This document shows positions 60,120 through 64,000 of a stretch of 64,000 nt of DNA, piece after piece. Each line of letters starts with the position of its first letter. Positions within the stretch are counted from its first letter, which is position 1. The notes below the pieces were generated by a model, which had not been told where the DNA came from, did not search any database, and was given only the letters and a program-made list of their open reading frames with translations. The position numbers were made by a program, and so were the translations under genes. The stretch covers positions 416,001 to 480,000 of the forward strand of contig OZ242365.1 in NCBI GenBank assembly GCA_965208905.1, given 5' to 3'. This DNA is from Nitrosopumilaceae archaeon. GTDB taxonomy: Archaea; Thermoproteota; Nitrososphaeria; Nitrososphaerales; Nitrosopumilaceae.

Positions 60120-61243
60120 TGATTACGGGTGTTTTGTTGCTTTGATGTATGATGTATGGTTACACATGTTTACAGGTGTTTTATGGTTGTTTACCATGCA
60201 CCAGGACCTAGACGGCCGGCCACACCGCATGACGTCATGACCAGTGGCCACACTGGTAACAACATGCAGCATGACCCGACTCCGGACTAAGACGCATGCC
60301 GGCCATACAGTCATGCAGGAACCTAAAACGCCATGCTGCATGATGTATGGTTACACATGATTACGGGTGTTTTGTTGCTTTGATGTATGATGTATGGTTA
60401 CACATGTTTACAGGTGTTTTATGGTTGTTTACCATGCACCAGGACCTAGACGGCCGGCCACACCGCATGACGTCATGACCAGTGGCCACACTGGTAACAA
60501 CATGCAGCATGACCCGACTCCGGACTAAGACGCATGCCGGCCATACAGTCATGCAGGAACCTAAAACGCCATGCTGCATGATGTATGGTTACACATGATT
60601 ACGGGTGTTTTGTTGCTTTGATGTATGATGTATGGTTACACATGTTTACAGGTGTTTTATGGTTGTTTACCATGCACCAGGACCTAGACGGCCGGCCACA
60701 CCGCATGACGTCATGACCAGTGGCCACACTGGTAACAACATGCAGCATGACCCGACTCCGGACTAAGACGCATGCCGGCCATACAGTCATGCAGGAACCT
60801 AAAACGCCATGCTGCATGATGTATGGTTACACATGATTACGGGTGTTTTGTTGCTTTGATGTATGATGTATGGTTACACATGTTTACAGGTGTTTTATGG
60901 TTGTTTACCATGCACCAGGACCTAGACGGCCGGCCACACCGCATGACGTCATGACCAGTGGCCACACTGGTAACAACATGCAGCATGACCCGACTCCGGA
61001 CTAAGACGCATGCCGGCCATACAGTCATGCAGGAACCTAAAACGCCATGCTGCATGATGTATGGTTACACATGATTACGGGTGTTTTGTTGCTTTGATGT
61101 ATGATGTATGGTTACACATGTTTACAGGTGTTTTATGGTTGTTTACCATGCACCAGGACCTAGACGGCCGGCCATACAGTCATGCAGGAACCTAAAACGC
61201 CATACTGCATGATGTATGGTTACACATGATTACGGGTGTTTTG
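60120..61243. repeat. 238-bp tandem array: four identical units plus one internally deleted unit
   Basis: Units start at 60121, 60359, 60597, 60835 and 61073; the fifth lacks the segment between two GCCGGCCA sites. Confidence 0.97.
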
Positions 61244-61254
61244 GTATCATGATA

Positions 61255-61491
61255 TCACGTGGTGATATCAGATACAATACGTGCGGCATCTATGCGCCAA
61301 CCATCGGATACGGATGTATCGGACGCCATATCATGGAGCATTAGGTATGTTTCATATGACATTCCTGTTGATATCATATCCCACTCGGCGGCCGCCACCA
61401 TATGTGTCAATTCAGTGGCGGCATACATACCGCCTAATACAACAACACCCAGTACACACCACCCAACAGGGTGATCATACAACCACCTCAC
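61255..61491 (-). CDS. small membrane protein
   Basis: GTGA overlap with the upstream stop; one TM helix. Confidence 0.5.
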   Translation of the reverse strand: MRWLYDHPVGWCVLGVVVLGGMYAATELTHMVAAAEWDMISTGMSYETYLMLHDMASDTSVSDGWRIDAARIVSDITT

Positions 61492-62252
61492 GATCCAAAC
61501 ACACTCCTCGTGACATATCCAGGTACATCGAACCCATATATGATCAGACCAAAACCTGCCGCCATCATCCCTAATCCCGCCATCATACCATACCAAAACT
61601 TTGGGGTGGCCGGAAGGCAGTATGTCTTTTTGAGTTGTATCGGATTGTATGGCCGTGCGCTCTGTGCGGCGTCAATGAGTATGGCCGGGTTGGGAGCGGC
61701 GACCGTGGATGTAAGCCATATGAGCATCTCGGTTAGGTGTGGGTCCTGTATCGTCTGCGTCTTACAATACATTAGTCTGTTGTTCCATTTTTGGATTATA
61801 GTCCTATCGTCTATTTTGGTCAAGATCTCTAGTAGGTTCAGTTTACCGCTTGAGACATCTACCAACTGTATTGCTGCTGTAAGGATATTCAGTAGTGTAT
61901 TGTCCAGGACCGTAACGCCAAGTTGGCCTAGTATTTTTTGCAGTGTTATCTGATGTATACTTTCCGGAAACATTGAACTTGTCGAGTACATCGTTATTGA
62001 CATCATTTTAACACCACCGGCCCACCGTCGAGCGGCCCACCGCCACCGCTCTCCAGGTCCAGGACTCACAAACAGGTAAGGCTCGCCGTCTATATCCGCA
62101 TGATAAGTGTGATTACCCAGGCGCTTCTTTATTGGCATAAGCCACGTCTTTCCAGTGGTCGCATCTGTGATGTATCCGGACACAAAGTTTAGTTGGTGTA
62201 AATTGGTCAAGATAAAAGACGTGGTGTGTATGAATACTCTAAGCAGTGACAA
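61488..62252 (-). CDS. hypothetical protein with C-terminal TM helix
   Basis: 254 aa, abuts neighbours in a co-oriented cluster. Confidence 0.7.
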   Translation of the reverse strand: MSLLRVFIHTTSFILTNLHQLNFVSGYITDATTGKTWLMPIKKRLGNHTYHADIDGEPYLFVSPGPGERWRWAARRWAGGVKMMSITMYSTSSMFPESIHQITLQKILGQLGVTVLDNTLLNILTAAIQLVDVSSGKLNLLEILTKIDDRTIIQKWNNRLMYCKTQTIQDPHLTEMLIWLTSTVAAPNPAILIDAAQSARPYNPIQLKKTYCLPATPKFWYGMMAGLGMMAAGFGLIIYGFDVPGYVTRSVFGS

Positions 62253-62738
62253 CTAGACGTCCTCCTCACGGCGCCGGAACATACCAGATATTTTCTTCGC
62301 TGCGTCATTGTCGGCCGAGTAAATATGTTCGGTCGTTGTCTTGGCAACTTTATCTATTAGTGGGCTTACTGCAGCTGGCATCCCAATTAATCCCATAGTC
62401 GGCCTCATACTCTCGCTGTGCTTTGAGGCGACGGCGGTCCGTATTTCCTCTTGTATGTCGTCCATGATTATCTCAGTTGCTTTTGCTAATGTCTCCGGCA
62501 TCGTAACTCTGGCTCGGTGTACCTCCCCCGCCAACTCGGCATCATATGCACCCACCGCCGAAAATTGGCTTGACGATACGGCCTGGGACATATAGAACTT
62601 TGCTCTATGATGCGGTATTGCGGTCTCCTCAGTACCGACACCGTCGGCAGCGGGCATACGGACCGTGTTTTTGATGTTGTCCGTAATGAACCTCATCAAG
62701 TCGGCGTTGTTGCTGCCTGGATCAGGATAAGCGCTCAT
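62253..62738 (-). CDS. hypothetical protein
   Basis: 161 aa; ATGA overlap with the upstream gene. Confidence 0.7.
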   Translation of the reverse strand: MSAYPDPGSNNADLMRFITDNIKNTVRMPAADGVGTEETAIPHHRAKFYMSQAVSSSQFSAVGAYDAELAGEVHRARVTMPETLAKATEIIMDDIQEEIRTAVASKHSESMRPTMGLIGMPAAVSPLIDKVAKTTTEHIYSADNDAAKKISGMFRRREEDV

Positions 62739-63130
62739 TGTTTGCGACTCCCTGTGACTGTTCTGCCTGCGGTCTCAAGCACGGATAATACACACATCAA
62801 GAATGATATCATTGCAAGGCCGTAATGCCATACGCCCCATATACCAGGTTCGGGTAACTCGACACCATATATCTCTCGTATTTGCCCTGTATCATCGTAT
62901 ACGGTGTACAGTATTCCAGTGCTGTTGGTTGCATTGGTCCAACCCGTATATACTACGGGTGTTATACTGGTGGCTCCGGACATGGCCACCATCAAAAAGC
63001 ATGTCGCTGCCAACAACCATAACAGTGCGGCCATCCATGTGCTTGACCAACCACCGGCCACCGCCCTATAGCCCAGCGCCAACAGTAGTATGTATGCCAC
63101 GCCAAGACATATCCAAGATAGTAGGTCCAT
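62735..63130 (-). CDS. three-TM membrane protein with N-glycosylation sequons
   Basis: Three hydrophobic helices; NAT and NST in the loop; TAATG coupling. Confidence 0.72.
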   Translation of the reverse strand: MDLLSWICLGVAYILLLALGYRAVAGGWSSTWMAALLWLLAATCFLMVAMSGATSITPVVYTGWTNATNSTGILYTVYDDTGQIREIYGVELPEPGIWGVWHYGLAMISFLMCVLSVLETAGRTVTGSRKQ

Positions 63131-64000
63131 TAAGGTATCAACTCCTTTCTCAGGTCGTCGAGTTCTGGACTTATCGTCGGCATACTTACATCATCATCTG
63201 ACAGTGGCGGTATTTGTACGATGTCGCCATCTTGGCCGATGATACAAGTATAGTCTGCGGGTGCGTCTGCAGGACATGGCACCTTATCCCCTGGTTGCAG
63301 TGCTGCTATCCTGGCGGCCTCATCGGCTGCGGCCTTGTCTGCATAGTGTTTGTCTATCATTATTTGCAGTCCATGTTTATCGGGATTGTCCAGTATGCCC
63401 TTGACTATGGCGCCTGTCTGGCCGCGTAACTGGTCACGGGTACAATGCAACTCGCCTACGGAAATTGCGACGGCAGCACTACGACCATCAGGATAAGCGG
63501 CTTGTAGTGATTCGGAGGTGCATTGGGGTGGTATGTTGGGGGCTAGACCTAAGACTGATAAGTCCAACTGGCCACTATCGGCGAGATATAGTATGGCTAA
63601 CCCCATGCCGAGTAGGCCGACTATTAGTATAATGGCGGTGAGTTGCGCCGTTGAGCGCTGGTCTTTCTTTCCGCGCAGTCTGTTTAGTTCTGTGTGGCGT
63701 CTAGCCTGGACGGCTAGCGTCGAGGCGGCCTGCCGTGGGGATGGTAGTTTGATATCGTTAGATAATAGTGAGGAGAGTTGTGGGACCGGTCGGACTGGCT
63801 CTATATCATCTAATGTATTGGCGGCGAATCGTTCCCAGTCCGTGTATGGGTTTATGTCTGCGCGCACATGCGCTACATATTTTTCAAAGTTTGTCGGGGG
63901 GAGTTTATCGCCAAACACGCCATCAAATATGCGGCCGAATGTGCCACACTCCTTTGATATTATCACCTCGGGGTCATTGGCTACATAGTCTTGTAAGGCT
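63130..64000 (-). CDS. single-TM protein, probably 5'-truncated by the window end
   Basis: Central TM helix, Cys pairs and acidic/Pro-rich tail; true start may lie outside the window. Confidence 0.65.
   Translation of the reverse strand, partial: ALQDYVANDPEVIISKECGTFGRIFDGVFGDKLPPTNFEKYVAHVRADINPYTDWERFAANTLDDIEPVRPVPQLSSLLSNDIKLPSPRQAASTLAVQARRHTELNRLRGKKDQRSTAQLTAIILIVGLLGMGLAILYLADSGQLDLSVLGLAPNIPPQCTSESLQAAYPDGRSAAVAISVGELHCTRDQLRGQTGAIVKGILDNPDKHGLQIMIDKHYADKAAADEAARIAALQPGDKVPCPADAPADYTCIIGQDGDIVQIPPLSDDDVSMPTISPELDDLRKELIP

Larger units (their letters stand above)
54173..64000. mobile_element. integrated virus/plasmid-like element (continues beyond the window)
   Basis: No housekeeping genes; SF3 helicase, RHH protein, Zn-finger mini-ORFs, coupled start/stop codons, tandem repeats, membrane ORFans. 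Confidence 0.8.

Noticed and set aside
60120-61243. CRISPR array, or four copies of a 72-aa gene
   Set aside because: Units are identical with no unique spacers; the ORFs are by-products of the repeat and the fifth unit is internally deleted

Overview
Archaeal chromosome segment, most likely an ammonia-oxidising Nitrososphaerota (Nitrosopumilaceae-like; the repeat-rich secreted protein and heavy IS load hint at a host-associated lineage). Core genes include prs, the pantoate kinase/PPS/panB/coaBC CoA cluster, pyrH, pyrBI, a split A-type ATP synthase locus with an ammonium transporter, and tRNA-Val and tRNA-Arg. The main unusual signal is two unrelated families of solo tnpB elements with intact RuvC catalytic residues. 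Both are bounded by terminal inverted repeats (TIRs) and 8-bp target-site duplications (TSDs), which are DDE-transposon hallmarks; IS200/IS605 and IS607, the usual tnpB carriers, have neither. Family A sits at 40071-41536 with a partial copy at 1-1068. Family B sits at 25999-27514 and 2840-4352, with a relic near 8355-8720. An IS481 with a 16-bp TSD rewrites the end of a flippase gene. From about 54000 to the window end lies an integrated virus/plasmid-like element: a chain of coupled mini-ORFs, an SF3 helicase, a double-RHH protein, a 238-bp tandem array and membrane-protein genes. It carries three copies of a 171-bp MITE whose flanks record a 4.5-kb inversion. All calls come from reading the sequence; no database searches were run.
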